A DNA stretch of 64,000 bases from Octopus bimaculoides (GCF_001194135.2 NC_068982.1:150291135-150355134), one strand, 5' to 3'. Counted from the stretch's first letter, positions 1 through 13,902 are shown. Notes: generated by a model not told the origin, from the letters alone. A program made the numbers and translations.

Positions 1-505
1 GAGAAAGGATTTGGGGATAGAAGAGCTAAAACAGCGTATCATAGCAGTAGAAAAGAATAGATCAGTATCAACAGAATAGATCATCTGAGACAGACGAGAG
101 ATTTCATAATCAAATAAATAGTGGAGAACGAAGTACTGAAGATGAGAAACCTAATGCAGAAGAAGCTAGAAAGTTCTGGAGTAATATTTTAGATAAACCA
201 GTCAATCATAATGGAGATGCAGTATGGTTAAGGAAAGTGAGGGAAGAAATAGTGAGTAAGAAGCAGCCAGATGTAAGACTAACTAGTGCGTTAATGAGAA
301 AAGTGTTAGGGAAAATGCTGAATTGAAAGGACCCAGGACCAGATTTAGTTCAAGGGTGCTGGCTATAGAAATTTAGTAGTTTACATGGGAGGCTGAGGGA
401 ACAACTTCAGGATTGCCTTAGAGGAATAATACCAGATTGGATGACTAGAGGGAGAACAATACTTATTATGAAAGATAGAGCGAGGGTAATACAGCTAGCA
501 AAGTG
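1..505 (+). mobile_element. R4/Dong-clade non-LTR retrotransposon fragment (region N-terminal to the RT core), degenerate
   Basis: Translates with stops to KVLGKMLN*KDPGPDLVQGCWL*KFSSLHGRLREQLQDCLRGIIPDWMTRGRTILIMKD, matching the R4/Dong-type WKAPGPD...WMTxGRTxLIxKD motif; breaks off at about 500. Confidence 0.8.
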
Positions 506-3500
506 TAGTACTTGTAAGTTCACCCCAAGACCTAAAAATACTAGGTTGGCATCTGGCGGGGTTAAGACTGTCTCGTGGGAAGAGGGGTCCCTTCACCCTT
601 GGTCGGCAACCCCTTTAGAAAAAGTGACTCAATAAAAACACCGATGGTTGTGCCAATTCAACGCCAAAATTCTCAGGAGTGAAAATGTGAAATACAAAGA
701 TATATAAAACAATGGATTGAACAAGATTGACACTACAAACAGTGTACAAGAGGGTAGGTGTGGACTCTCGAGCCTTGACTAGCAACACACTTGGTGATTG
801 CACAACCTTACAAATGCTACCTCTAAATGTGTGATGTCAAAGTTAAATAATAACCACAACTGTGCTATCGGGACTGGAACTGTTAACAGTGAAGGCGTCG
901 CGTACGGCAGGCAGGGAATATCTGATCAAGGTCCGGCAGATCGTCGTCAAGCTATTGATTAGGGCCAAATTCTAAAAATAGAATGCTGGCTGAGATGTGA
1001 GCCAAATAAAAGAGGCGTCATTAATCGAATGAAAAGAATATGGGATGAAGGAGATTTGAAGCATCTGCCCTGCGACTAATAGATCACGCAAGAATAATCC
1101 ATAGGAACGACTGGATTACAGAAGCAGAGATTGAAGAAATTCAGAGAAACATAATAGAAAAAGAGCAAGAGGATGAAACAGCAGTAGCAGAAAGCGGTAG
1201 CGAAGGGGTAAGAGATGAAGAACGTAAAACAGATTGAAACCGCAGAGTACCGGACAATACTGATAAAGTAACTAATGAAGGCGATCTAGATGGACAAGTG
1301 ACAGTAAGTACTGCAAAAGACTTGAATGATGAAGAGAAGGGGGTTTTAGAAATGTTGCGAGGTAAAATGGCTGATGGGAACAATGAAGTACCACCAAATA
1401 TAAGATATATGGAAAGAGAACAAGTGAGGAAAGCTATAGGCAAAGTAAGTGACGTTTTAAGCATGATTAAAACAGAAAACATCAGTGGAACAAACAAGCT
1501 AATCATAGCTGCTGCTAATGTCATAGCTAACATAGTAGGCTACAAGCGAAAAACTGAAGATATAAAAGCAAATGAAAGAAAGAACCAAACTGGAAAAAGA
1601 GAATACGAATGAAGCTGGAGAAGACACGAAAAGAACTGGGGCAATTGAATAGGATAATAAGAGGAGAGCTCAAGAATAAGGTAGTAAGCAGAGAATTGAA
1701 TGGACAGTACAAGTTAGAAGAAAGGGGAAAAGTACATGAAGAATTGATACAAATGATGATAGTATTAAAGGCCAAATTGAAAAGATACGATGCTAGATAC
1801 AAAGGTTTCGAACAGAATAGATTGTTCCAATCGAATATAAGGCGTCTATTCGAGGAAATAGTGGGAGGTCAATACCAGGAACTGATTTCAGATATGGAAG
1901 AAAGTAAAGAATTTGGGGGAAGTCTGTGGAACAGGCTGGCAAGACATAAAGAAAGCGCGGAGTGGCTAACAAAGATAGAAAGACAACTTGAAACTGTACC
2001 AAGACAAAAGGACGTCAGAACTAATCTGTATACAGTGAGACAGAAGTTAATAAAAAATAGTAAATTGGAAAAGACCAGGCCTGGATAGAATACAAGGTTA
2101 TTGACTGAAGAACTTTACACAGTTGCATAGAAGGATCGCTGTGCAACTGGATGACTGCCTGCAGCAAGGTCACGTCCATGCCTAGATGACAAGTGGACGA
2201 ACGCTGCTATGCTTCAAGAATCCCTTGAAAGGGAACTTGGCATCAAATTTTCGACCTATACCCTGTTTACCACTAATGTGAAAACTTATGACTGGTGTCT
2301 TGGCAGAAGAGTTATACAATCATCTGGAAAGTAACAATCTACTTCCAGAAGAACAGAAAAGATGCAGGAAACAAAGTAGAGCAACAAAAGTTTATTTATT
2401 AGTTGATAAAAGGATAATTAGAAATTGTAGACGCAGACTGACGGGGCTGAATGTAACATAGCTATATTACAAAAAAAGCATATAACATGGTACCACACAG
2501 TTGGATAAGTAAAAAAATGAGCATGTTTGGAATAGAAAAAATATGGAGAAAACAATGGAAAATATTGGAATACTGAATTGATCGGAGGAAAAGAAAAACT
2601 CGGAAAAGTTAACATCAGACGTGGAATATTCCTAGGTAATAGCTTATCTCCATTACTATTCGTATTGGCCATGACACCGCTCTCTATGATGCTACGAAAC
2701 GTTAAAATGGCTAACGATTTGGGAAAAGGAATTGGTCAGATAAATCATCCCCTTTTCATGGATGTTGTTGTTGTTGGCGCTCCATCGCTTACGACGACGA
2801 GGGTTCCAGTTGATCCGATCAACGGAACAGCCTGCTCGTGAAATTAACGTGCAAGTGGCTGAGCACTTCACACACACGTGTACTTTTAACGTAGTTCTCG
2901 GGGATATTCAGCGTGACACAGAGTGACAAGGCTGGCCCTTTGAATTACAGGCACAACAGAAACAGGAAGTAAGAGTGAGAGAAAGTTGTGGTGAAAGTGT
3001 ACAGCAGGGTTCGCCACCATCCCCTGCCGGAGTCTCGTGGAGCTTTAGGTGTTTTCGCTCAATAAACACTCACAATGCCCGGTCTGGAATCGAAACCGCG
3101 ATCCTATGACCGCGAGTTCGCTACTCTAACCACTGGGCCATTGCGCCTCCATTTTTCATGGATGATATAAAGGTTTATGCGAAAAATGTACATACTATCC
3201 GCATTTTCTCAAATGACGTAGATATGGAATTTGGGATAGAACAGTGGCGCTATATTGAAAATGAAACGAGGAAGATTTGAACGAAGCCAGGGAATTGAAA
3301 TGCCAAATGGGCAAACAATGAGAGCGGTTGAGAAAGGACATTGGTATAAATACTTGGGAATACTGGAAGCAGATGAGCTAAAAAATAAAGAAAAGATACA
3401 GATTACCAGTAGAAAGTACACAAGGAGAGTGAGAAAATTATTGCAGTCAAAGTTGGATTCCAAAAATCTTATTGATGCAATAAATTCAAGAGCCGTACTC

Positions 3501-3870
3501 TTAATCAGATATAGAGTTGGAAGAATAGACTGGACCGGAAACGAAATAAAGAAACTTGACAGAGAAACTAGGAAGTTATTGACGATGTATGAAGTACACC
3601 ATCCGAAAACTGATATCAACCGGTAAATATAAGAGATCAGGATGGAAGAGGCTTAATAGTAGTAGAAGAATGTGTACAGATGGAAAGAAAATGTCTTGTA
3701 GAGTATTTACAGAGCGACACAGAAAACCAACTAAAGCAGATAAGAAAGAACAGGTGATGAAGCGTGTAATAGGAGAAAAAGACAAGAATGAAATACAAAG
3801 AGATCATGTCACACAGATCAAAGTGAAACCTTTGCATAGCCAGGTTTGGAGAGCCACTGAAGACGTAGGT
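506..3870 (+). mobile_element. Near-full-length degenerate R4/Dong-clade LINE (putative 5' UTR, N-terminal domain, RT), 3'-truncated and interrupted by a SINE
   Basis: ORF pieces 1298-1612, 1609-2088, 2578-2764, 3255-3626 give CWLRCEPNKRG, RRGIFLGNSLSPLLFVLAM, HPLFMDDIKVY, YKYLGILEAD and AINSRAVLLIRY..GRIDW, all R4/Dong RT-region motifs; many stops and frameshifts. Confidence 0.9.
2765..3152 (-). mobile_element. Full-length tRNA-derived SINE (family C, (CAA)n tail) with 12-bp TSD
   Basis: Minus strand starts GGAGGCGCAATGGCCCAGTGGTTAG (A box), has GGTTTCGATTCC (B box) and ends in (AAC)n; TTTTCATGGATG is duplicated at 2753-2764 and 3153-3164. Confidence 0.92.
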
Positions 3871-3950
3871 TGAGATATCTTGTCCACGGACAAATAAACA
3901 AACAAACACGACTGAAAACAATACTTCCGCCTTCGCTAAGGCGGAGGTAA
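3871..3950 (-). mobile_element. Terminal fragment of a Helentron/DINE-1-like non-autonomous element
   Basis: Minus strand reads TTATTACCTCCGCCTTAGCGAAGGCGG..TGTTTGTTTGTTTATTTGTCCG; hairpin CCGCCTT-cgct-AAGGCGG at 3927-3944 followed by a GTTT/GTCC microsatellite. Confidence 0.5.
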
Positions 3951-3971
3951 TAATAATAATAATAATAATAA

Positions 3972-5209
3972 GGCAGATGTAGAACGTCTTTATCTGCCAA
4001 GAAAAGAGGGAGGCCGAGGACTTCTACAGCTGGCATTATCAATGAAGGTAGCCACAATTGGCCTAGACACCTATCTGAAAAACTCTGAGGACTGGATGCT
4101 AAAACTTGTCTTAAAATATGAAAGCAAGAAAGCATCTTACTCAGTAACAAAGCAGGCAAAGGAATATCTAAGTGAATTCCAATTGCAACAAATTCAAGAA
4201 TTAGACGAACTAGAAACACCTGCAGAAAAAGCTAAGCGCTTGAAAACCCGTGCTAAAATTGCTGCCTTAGCTATTATGACTGAAAAATGGCATGGAAAAC
4301 CTCTCAATGGCAAATACTCNNNNNNNNNNNNNNNNNNNNNNNNNNNNNNNNNNNNNNNNNNNNNNNNNNNNNNNNNNNNNNNNNNNNNNNNNNNNNNNNN
4401 NNNNNNNNNNNNNNNNNNNNNNNNNNNNNNNNNNNNNNNNNNNNNNNNNNNNNNNNNNNNNNNNNNNNNNNNNNNNNNNNNNNNNNNNNNNNNNNNNNNN
4501 NNNNNNNNNNNNNNNNNNNNNNNNNNNNNNNNNNNNNNNNNNNNNNNNNNNNNNNNNNNNNNNNNNNNNNNNNNNNNNNNNNNNNNNNNNNNNNNNNNNN
4601 NNNNNNNNNNNNNNNNNNNNNNNNNNNNNNNNNNNNNNNNNNNNNNNNNNNNNNNNNNNNNNNNNNNNNNNNNNNNNNNNNNNNNNNNNNNNNNNNNNNN
4701 NNNNNNNNNNNNNNNNNNNNNNNNNNNNNNNNNNNNNNNNNNNNNNNNNNNNNNNNNNNNNNNNNNNNNNNNNNNNNNNNNNNNNNNNNNNNNNNNNNNN
4801 NNNNNNNNNNNNNNNNNNNNNNNNNNNNNNNNNNNNNNNNNNNNNNNNNNNNNNNNNNNNNNNNNNNNTACCTATTGTCATAGGTGCCCTGGGAATGACA
4901 GCGAAACGGGCTGATTACTACCTAGCTCAGATACCAGGAAACCCCAAAATGGCTGAAGTTCAAAAGATAGTGCTCATGGGAACTGCCCATATCCTACGTA
5001 AAATACTGTCTATGTGATCTCAAATTTTAAAGCAAACACATAATTTTCTTATGGTTTCTTAAACATTCACTTGAACAAAAGTGTACAAATCCAAATATAT
5101 GGTACCCTAGGCATAACACCTACATGAACTTCTAACATGTTGTCTCTTGAGGTCTCTGGGTGGGACTTGGATCCAACTTGTACAAATGCAAAACAAAAGT
5201 CAAACATAA
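3972..5209 (+). mobile_element. 5'-truncated R4/Dong LINE (3' part with RLE C-terminus and 3' UTR) between (TAA)n tracts
   Basis: KADVERLYLPRKEGGRGLLQL...KWHGKPLNGKY, N-gap 4320-4868, then PIVIGALG...VQKIVLMGTAHILRKILSM* (stop at 5017); (TAA)n at about 3948-3971 and 5207-5262. Confidence 0.93.
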
Positions 5210-5261
<52 letters not shown>

Positions 5262-6894
5262 TAAACTATGTAAGACATCAACATAACTGAACACTACAGG
5301 GACAACACAGCAAGCAATAACATTTAATAAATAAACAGAACAGGAGCGAAGAACATAAGGTTTGTAAATAGCCTGTCCTTCTAACATTTACTCTTATGGA
5401 AACGGTCCAACGAGGGGTCCTCAACGTTGTCACCCGATCTGAATGGAATGTCAGTCAAATCCTCTTCAAATCACACCATACTATCTTTAGTTATCTCAGA
5501 TGTACTATTACTGTAAAAAAGGATGGCTTGGCGCTAAACAGCAATTCCAGTGGACTCTGTTGTAGCAGCACAGTGTAAATATATCAAAATTGTGTGTAAC
5601 AGTAAACCTTAGTTAGTTCTGATACCCCTAACACTTACCGTTAATAGTAAATCGTGTTTTTGTTTCTATTGACGTAACATTTAGTATGGCAACACTTAAG
5701 TTGCTATTTTAACAAAATTACCTAAATACATACAATAACCGCGTAACGCTAATCTGTAACTAACTACAATAACCAGATGTTTTAATGTTAAACGTAATTC
5801 CTGCTTTGGTGAAAAACAGAATACACATAATACAAGGTTACTTTTAATTCTAAATGCTAAACCGAAAAACTAAATCTTGACCTCAGACTCATAAGCGTTG
5901 ATCCTTGGACTCTAACTCCATCTTATATTGCTAAATTAGTACTATGCCAAATATGTACACATATTTACATATGAATATCCCACATGGAGCTAATGCATAA
6001 TCTTCTTTACCACTACTACTGAGATAGAATTGGATTTCTGTACAGCTTCAATCACTCACTTACTCTCCCGTGGACACACAGACGCACATGCACGCCACCA
6101 CCACCATCACCAACGTTACCATTCTGCAAGAACAACAACAAAAACTGCAACTATAGTAATAATTATAGCTAGTACGACAGCCACAGCAACCAGCCATGGA
6201 TTAATATATGTTTAAAGAGAACTCTCAGCCTTTATTTTTTGCAACATGAAGATTAGGGTTAATATTTAAGAAATATTTGTTTTATTTTCTTAACATTTTG
6301 TTTGATTTCTGTTTAAACAATGTTCCAATAGTTTGATTGGAACATCTTTGTTGCTATAGAAACAAGTTTATATCTGATTAATTTCATTTTTATTATTTTG
6401 TGGGAATGATATGTTTGTTTGATATTGGTATCATTTTGACCACACACGAAGGGCTAATATTTGAATGGGGAGGAAATGGCTTGTGTGACATTACTCTATT
6501 TTCTAAGGACATTAGCAACTTAAGAGAGCTGAAATTACCTCAAATGGAGATTGTATTCTATTCTGAATGGTTAATACCCTTTACTGCTTCCGAAAATTCG
6601 TATTTGAATCACTTATTTTCTCAAGTATCCTCGAACAACCAAGTAGATAAATTTTTCAAGACATCATTTTCTCTTTAACTCTTCGAAATGTTATGGAAGT
6701 AAGAAACGACTTTAAGTTATGCTAGGTGCCTAACAGGTTCCAAGTGCACAGCGCTTAAGAAAAAGACGGGATGGTTTGCGACTTGAGTACCTTTCATCAT
6801 GAATCTACTTGATCAGAGATAACCCAGAACTAGCAACCACCATCCTCACCACCACCACATATACACATGTGTGTGAAGGCGCATGGCTCATCAC

Positions 6895-7030
6895 CACCAC
6901 ATATACACATGCGTGTGAAGGCGCATGGCTTAGGGGTTAGGGCATTCGGATCATGATCGGCCGTGAGTTCGATAAGTTGTCTCCTTAAACAAGACACTTT
7001 ATCAACAACATCAACAACAACAACAACAAC
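6895..7030 (+). mobile_element. SINE family C head fragment, preceded by a ~43-bp tandem duplication
   Basis: GCGCATGGCTTAGGGGTTAGGGCATTCGG...GAGTTCGAT...CCTTAAACAAGACACTTTAT; near-identical to 10434-10535. Confidence 0.75.
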
Positions 7031-7886
7031 CGGGAAACAGATTCCACTCGCACAGTAATTCATTTGCATTCTTACTCTGGCCCTGTACCTCATGCACACA
7101 AATAACCGTAGGTCATGAGATTTCGACGTTATGTCTGATGCATAAATGTAACAGTTGGTCATGATTGATTGACTCAAATATTGGAGATCGAAAACAATAA
7201 TTCGGGTGATGATAAAATTATTTAAAATCTATTCGTCATCTTCACCATCTATAGAATCATCATCACCATTATCATCAATCGAACCATCATCATCATTGTC
7301 ATCACCATCATTATCACAGTCGTCGTTAGAAAATTTACCAACTTTATACCTTGTGAAGTGTTTGGAAAAAAAGAAAATCAGAGAAAAAATTTACCCATTT
7401 AACATAAAATATAATTAAGTAAAGACTAATAAAATTTACTAAAGAAAAGAAAGAAAGAAAAAGCGAGAGAGAGAGAGAGAAGTTTTAAAAAATAACATTT
7501 GAGTAATTAAGGGATATGCTAGAAATAAACAACATAATAAAATAAAATAAACAAAAATTATTTAAGTTAAATGACCACCAAAACGGCTCTGTGTAACAAT
7601 TAGCAACCATTCGTTAAAAACGCAGTTCACATCTTAGGTAAAATAGAGTTTTTATGAGAAAAAGAAAGCAATGAAGAAATAACCAGATGAGAAAATAACA
7701 ATAACAAAAATGGCAACAGCCTTAAGGCAACCTAATTAAAAAAAGGTTGAAATAATAGATAAACAAAGTTACTATTTCAAATAGGTGCTTCAAATGTATC
7801 TTGAAATAGTCACTGATCAAATGGGATTAATATATTGTTGGGTTCAGTGAAACGAATTTCCGAAAATAGAAACACACACGTACGCA

Positions 7887-7936
<50 letters not shown>

Positions 7937-8110
7937 NNNNNNNNNNNNNNNNNNNNNNNNNNNNNNNNNNNNNNNNNNNNNNNNNNNNNNNNNNNNNNNN
8001 NNNNNNNNNNNNNNNNNNNNNNNNNNNNNNNNNNNNNNNNNTATATATATATATATATATATATAAAATTGGTTACATATATACACATATATTTATATAT
8101 ATATATATTC

Positions 8111-8141
<31 letters not shown>

Positions 8142-9789
8142 TATTCATTTATTTATTTATTTATTTATTTATTTATATATATATTTATTTATTTATTTAT
8201 TTATTTATATATATACATATATATTAATATATTGGAGCGGCAGAGGACCTAACTTGAAGTTGTGCGGACAATACCGGACTGACTTGGTGCCTCAACTTGA
8301 GTACCTAATTCAACTGAATCTTAATTATTTCTTATATATATATATAAACTTGTATATACCCTTATTTTTCATATATACATATGTATGTATAAGTATGTAT
8401 TTATATACATATATATGTTTGTGTATGTATATATCTATATGTGTTTATATGATATACATATATATATGTTGTGTGTGTGTATGTATGTATGTATGTATGT
8501 ATATATATGCATGTATGTATGTATATATTTATATATATATATGTATATATACACACACACATACACACACGCACGGACACGCACACACACATACACGTGC
8601 GCGCGCATGTGCATATGCACCCACACACGCGTGCTAGGACGTGAGGGCTGACTTGGAACTAATGCTAAAGTAGGTAAAACATTTTTGCTAACAGACATAG
8701 GTAATGTATAGATATACGGATGTTAATATATCTATACGTGTGTATGCATACGTTCTACAGGATAAGCTTCTATAACATTTTACATACTTTTATAGCTGTA
8801 TTAATTACTTGCAATTGTAATTTTATAATTAGCCGTGGGTATGTATGCATATATGTGGGAAGCAGTAGCTATATGCATGTGAGTACATACATAGGTACCA
8901 GATGCAGGTAAAACATATACTTCCTCTTGCATACAAACATTCATACATACATACAGAAGTGCAGAAGTAAACATAACTCATCAGAATGCAGAATGCAGGA
9001 GTGAGCATAACTCTTCTATTAACTAATTTTGTTAAGAAACGAGTAGCTGAAGGAATGCTCAACACAAGTGTAGCCTGCAATAGTCTATTTAGGCCGGTCC
9101 CGTAGCATGTTATTCTGGAGTTTCCGTGGCGTGTAGCCGCTTCTCCACATAAGTCAAACTAGTCCAGCTTGATTTGTCTGAAGAAGCAGCTACAGACCGT
9201 GGAAACTGCAGAGTAACACACTATTGGACAGCCTAAATAAATTACGTGTGTGTGTGTGTGTCTGTGTCTGCGTCTGTGTCTGTGTCTGTCTGTGTCTGTC
9301 TGTGTCTGTCTGTGTGTAGGTCGTTACGTGTGTGCGCGCGCTAGCAACAAGAGCAGATTTGTACCGAATATTAATTACCACATCCAATCTATCTTTGATG
9401 AGTCGTTAATAACGCCTACGACTACTAAAAACGTCCCGAGAAATCACCTCGAATGAATGACAAATGCTTAAAAAGCAACAATTATATATGACAAAATTTC
9501 GTCAGCACCGGCGGATGGCACAATCTTAATATCTGATTGCTGTTGTTTTTCGCCAATAGCGAACACCTCCTCCCATTAGATGATGTGTGTTAGCACCACC
9601 AGCCAATAATTTCTTCACTGATTTCTATAAACATCTCTACTGATGGGTTCCATAGATGAAATTTGCATTTGAGGCAGGTAGCATGATGAAAGTTGAAAGG
9701 GAACTTCTGAAAAAGTATTCCTGCCTGATGATCGGGGATAAACACCTCTACAATTTGCACAACTCTACTGCAACAGGAATATTAGTTCT

Positions 9790-10350
9790 CATTATGAAGG
9801 ATATGTTTTCACTAATATAACAGCAAGAAATAACGAATATCTAATGCGGAAAAGGGATAGAAATGCAAGTAAACCAATCAGATGCAATAATCAATACAAA
9901 CTCCCAGGAACTAACTCTGATAATGTCACTCACATCAGTAAATGTCCGAGAATGTCATCACGGTATGATGTGGTCAAAATATTCTACATTGTAGTCCGTA
10001 GAAAGGATAGTCCTGATGAGAGAAATATAAGATGTGGGTGGCATAATCATTCAAGATATGAAAGAAATATCGGTGGAATCTTTCTATCAAGACCGTAATA
10101 AAATGCAACCATAACAGATCAGATATAATGATCTGGGGCCGACTAAAGAAATTATGCACAATAGTAGAAATCAGTTGCCCAACAGATTCTAAAATAATGA
10201 AAAAGAAAACATCAATACGGAACTAATAAAAAATCTGTAATTATTCCACTTGGACTATAGCTTTAAATTTATACCTTATGAGACACCTGGTTACATGACT
10301 AATTGCTTCACCACCATTTTTTATAAACTAATACTAAAAAGATCACGACT
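9790..10350 (+). mobile_element. Old R4/Dong-type RLE C-terminal remnant
   Basis: DNVTHI.SKCPRMSSRY (CCHC remnant) and WWNLSIKTVIKCNHNRSDIMIWGRLKKLCTIVEISCPTD (PD-(D/E)xK-like) across frameshifts. Confidence 0.75.
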
Positions 10351-10444
10351 AATAAAGAAACATCAGCTGTAAACCATTAGAGGGATTGTGAAGTTATGTA
10401 AAGTATTCCATAAGTTTAGTATGTAATAAATACATATACACATG

Positions 10445-10745
10445 TGTGTGAAAGTGCATGGCTTAGTGGTTAGGGCATTCGGCTCATGATCGGCCGTGAG
10501 TTCGATAAGCTGTCTCCTTGAACAAGACACTTTATTTCACATTGCTCCAGTCCACTCAGTTGGCGAAAATGAGTAGTACTTCTTTTTCAAAGGGCCAGCC
10601 TTGTCACATCCTGCGTCATTCTGAATCTCCCTGAGAACTACGTGTGTCTGTGGAGTGCTCAGCCACTTGCACGTTAACTTCACGAGCAGGCTATTCCATT
10701 GATCGGATCAGCTAGAACTCTCGTCGTCGTAACCGATGAAATGCC
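10445..10745 (+). mobile_element. SINE family C copy
   Basis: tRNA-like head plus the same 3' tail as 2765-3152 (CAGCCACTTGCACGTTAA..GATCGGATCA..CTCGTCGTCGTAA). Confidence 0.85.
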
Positions 10746-12485
10746 AGTTTGTTTTTTACACGTGTAGAAACGCAAGCAGATAAATATGTACGCATACATA
10801 AGTCAAAACATAGGTCTACATGTGCTACAACATCTCTACATACCTGTGCACATATACATGTACAAACATATATGTTTATATGCATACATACGTACATGCA
10901 CACGTGCATACATATATATATGCATACACACATACATGCGAGTATACATGCATTGATGAATGAGTCTTGGGTTAGAAACTGCCACTTTCTACATTAACGA
11001 AAAATTCGAAAAAGAAAACTAGAACATACATGCTTTCTTTTTTCCAATAAGTCAATAAATCAATCAGCCAATGGGTCAATGAAACTGTTTCCAATTTTCA
11101 TTTAGACGTCCCTGTATCTTAGTATTCGTCTATACATCTATATAATTCTCTATCTGAAATCTCTGCACCACTGTCCAACTATTCCAAACGTGCTGAAAAC
11201 AAACAGATTATCAAACAAACAAAAAATGTTAGGCTAAGGCCTACCAAAAGAAGAAGGATTAATGTGTCACCTTTATCCATTAAAGATAACAATCCAGAAC
11301 AATTTAATCGATATTGCTAGGAAAGTTACATTAGAGTTTGACGTTAAATAGAAATAAAGCTGGCGTAAATCTTCAGACACCTCACTAAGCTGCATATAAA
11401 ATTACACAGTAATCCGTGTGGAAATTGATAATTTGCGATGTGTTGTCTTTATGGTAATCAACAACATAAACTCACTTATATCTACAATGACATATACTCA
11501 AACACATACACACATATGAGTATATGAATGCATGTATATGTATGTATACATGTATGTATGAATATATGTATGTATGCTACGTACTGATATAACAATCAAC
11601 ATATGAGATATGCTAAGAAACATCAAGAAACATCATCCCTTCGCAGACATTAAATCAAGACGTTTGTTAGAAAATATAGAGAATCTTTTGAGAATCCCAT
11701 AAGAAACAGAATCACATCAAATGAATAAGTCCCAATGGATAAATCCCAAGTACCTCGGCTTTGTACTTTATTTATAACCTCACAGTTTACGCATGCTTAG
11801 TCTGCTAAATTTGTCTCCAGCATAAGTACACCCAAGCGACATTGAATGCAAGTCTCTGACAACCGTAATATAATTGGATTATATGAATTTTCCCCTGTTT
11901 AAATAAATCTGAACGGAGACGCTGTTCCATGTCACTGAGATAGCCAGAAACAAATATTAAACAGAAAATTCTTTAATTTACATTAAATTAAACAGTGGAA
12001 GTGAATGTCACGGACCAGATTGTAAGGGAACGCTGAAAGACGTTGATATTTAATAATACCTTATACTATTACAAAATAAAGACAAAAATGAACATAACAG
12101 GATATGCGTAAATGGCTACCATGACGAAAAGAAATCTCAGACGTTATCATTTGACAAACAAGTACAGCTCCGAAATGAATGTTGTAATAATGGATTTCAA
12201 ATGAATTATTACAGAACAAGAAAATTAAAAATTGAACTAAATTATAATATACGTTCATCTTTAAAGGAGTAATTTTAACTAATTAAAATTTATTGGTTTA
12301 CTACATCATATATGCAAGAGCTCACTTTACGTCATTTTCTAGAAATATACATGTATATATGTATGTGTATATGGATGTGATTGGAGAAACAGACAGACAG
12401 ACAGGAAAAGAAAGACGAAGCAGATAAATGTGTGTGCATGTATATATAAGCACACTCATGTACATACGCACATATGCGCATAACC

Positions 12486-12544
<59 letters not shown>

Positions 12545-12980
12545 AACCACATATGTGGTTACGCATGTGTATGCATGTGTACAACTGAGGCAATGTCGGA
12601 ATTGTTTAAGCAGGCGACTACAATATATGCTTATTGATGTAATTTTGAGATTCATATTCACTGAATAGTCATCGGGTTATTGAGAGAGAGAGGGGCGATA
12701 TTTCGTATAACAAGACATAAAATGCAAGTTGACATTTCTGCTTCATCTATGACCTTTTATCAGACAGGAATATTTATTCATAGATATGTGTACTGGAAAA
12801 ATATACGGATAAGTATATATGACAAAACTACAAGTGTCTAAGTGTATTTTACATTTCTTATATAGTATTGATAGAAATGACACAGTGATGAGCCGTTATA
12901 GAATAGGAACACCATAATATAGATTGGCAAATAAACTGTCTAGTCACTGATTTGTGAAACATGAAAATAAAAAGTCAGAC

Positions 12981-13390
12981 GCAGGCATGGCTGTGTGGTA
13001 AAAAGCTTGCTTACCAACCACATGGTTCCGGGTTCGGTCCCACTGCGTGGCACCTTGGGTAAATGTCTTTTACAATAGCCTCGGACCGACCAAAGCCTTG
13101 TGAGTGGCTTTGGTAGATGGAAACTAAAAGAAGTCCGTTGTGTAAATATATATGTGTGTGTGTGTGTGTGTGTCTTTGTGTCTGTGTTTTTCATCCCACC
13201 ACCACCATCGCTTGACAACCGATGTTGGTGTGTTTACATCACGTAACTTGGCAATTCGGCAAAAGATCCAGAATAAGTACTAAGCTTACAAAGAATAAGT
13301 CCTGGGATTGATTTCTTCGACTAAAACCCTTGAAGGCAGTGCTCCAGCATGGCCGCAGTCAAATGATTGAAACATGTAAAAGAATAAAAA
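12981..13390 (+). mobile_element. Full-length tRNA-derived SINE (family A) with internal (TG)n and TAAAAGA tail
   Basis: GGCATGGCTGTGTGGTAA (A box), GGTTCGGTCCC (B box), CCTTGGG core, tail CCAGCATGGCCGCAGTCAAATGATTGAAACATGTAAAAGAATAAAA. A 3'-half copy also lies at about 13917-14100. Confidence 0.9.
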
Positions 13391-13834
13391 TATATGAATA
13401 TGTGTGTATGTGTGTGTGTGTGTGTGTGCATGTTTGTGTGTGTGTGCATGTGTGTGTGTGCATATGTGTGTGCATGTGTGTGTGTGTGTGTGCATATGTG
13501 TGTGTGTGTGTGTNNNNNNNNNNNNNNNNNNNNNNNNNNNNNNNNNNNNNNNNNNNNNNNNNNNNNNNNNNNNNNNNNNNNNNNNNNNNNNNNNNNNNNN
13601 NNNNNNNNNNNNNNNNNNNNNNNNNNNNNNNNNNNNNNNNNNNNNNNNNNNNNNNNNNNNNNNNNNNNNNNNNNNNNNNNNNNNNNNNNNNNNNNNNNNN
13701 NNNNNNNNNNNNNNNNNNNNNNNNNNNNNNNNNNNNNNNNNNNNNNNNNNNNNNNNNNNNNNNNNNNNNNNNNNNNNNNNNNNNNNNNNNNNNNNNNNNN
13801 NNNNNNNNNNNNNNNNNNNNNNNNNNNNNNNNNN

Positions 13835-13902
<68 letters not shown>

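Noticed and set aside
2765-3152. tRNA genes at SINE heads
   Set aside because: A and B boxes are present, but the heads continue into SINE bodies and tails with TSDs; no complete cloverleaf could be supported.
7810-8698. Many ORFs of HTHT/YIYI/CVCV/LSLS type here and across the window
   Set aside because: Translations of (CA)n, (TA)n and (CT)n microsatellites or read-through of N-gaps; not genes.
12100-12270. Open frame ICVNGYH...NGFQMNYY resembling a CUB C-terminus
   Set aside because: A-rich acceptor, no DG or FxSD motifs, and no donor before the stop.
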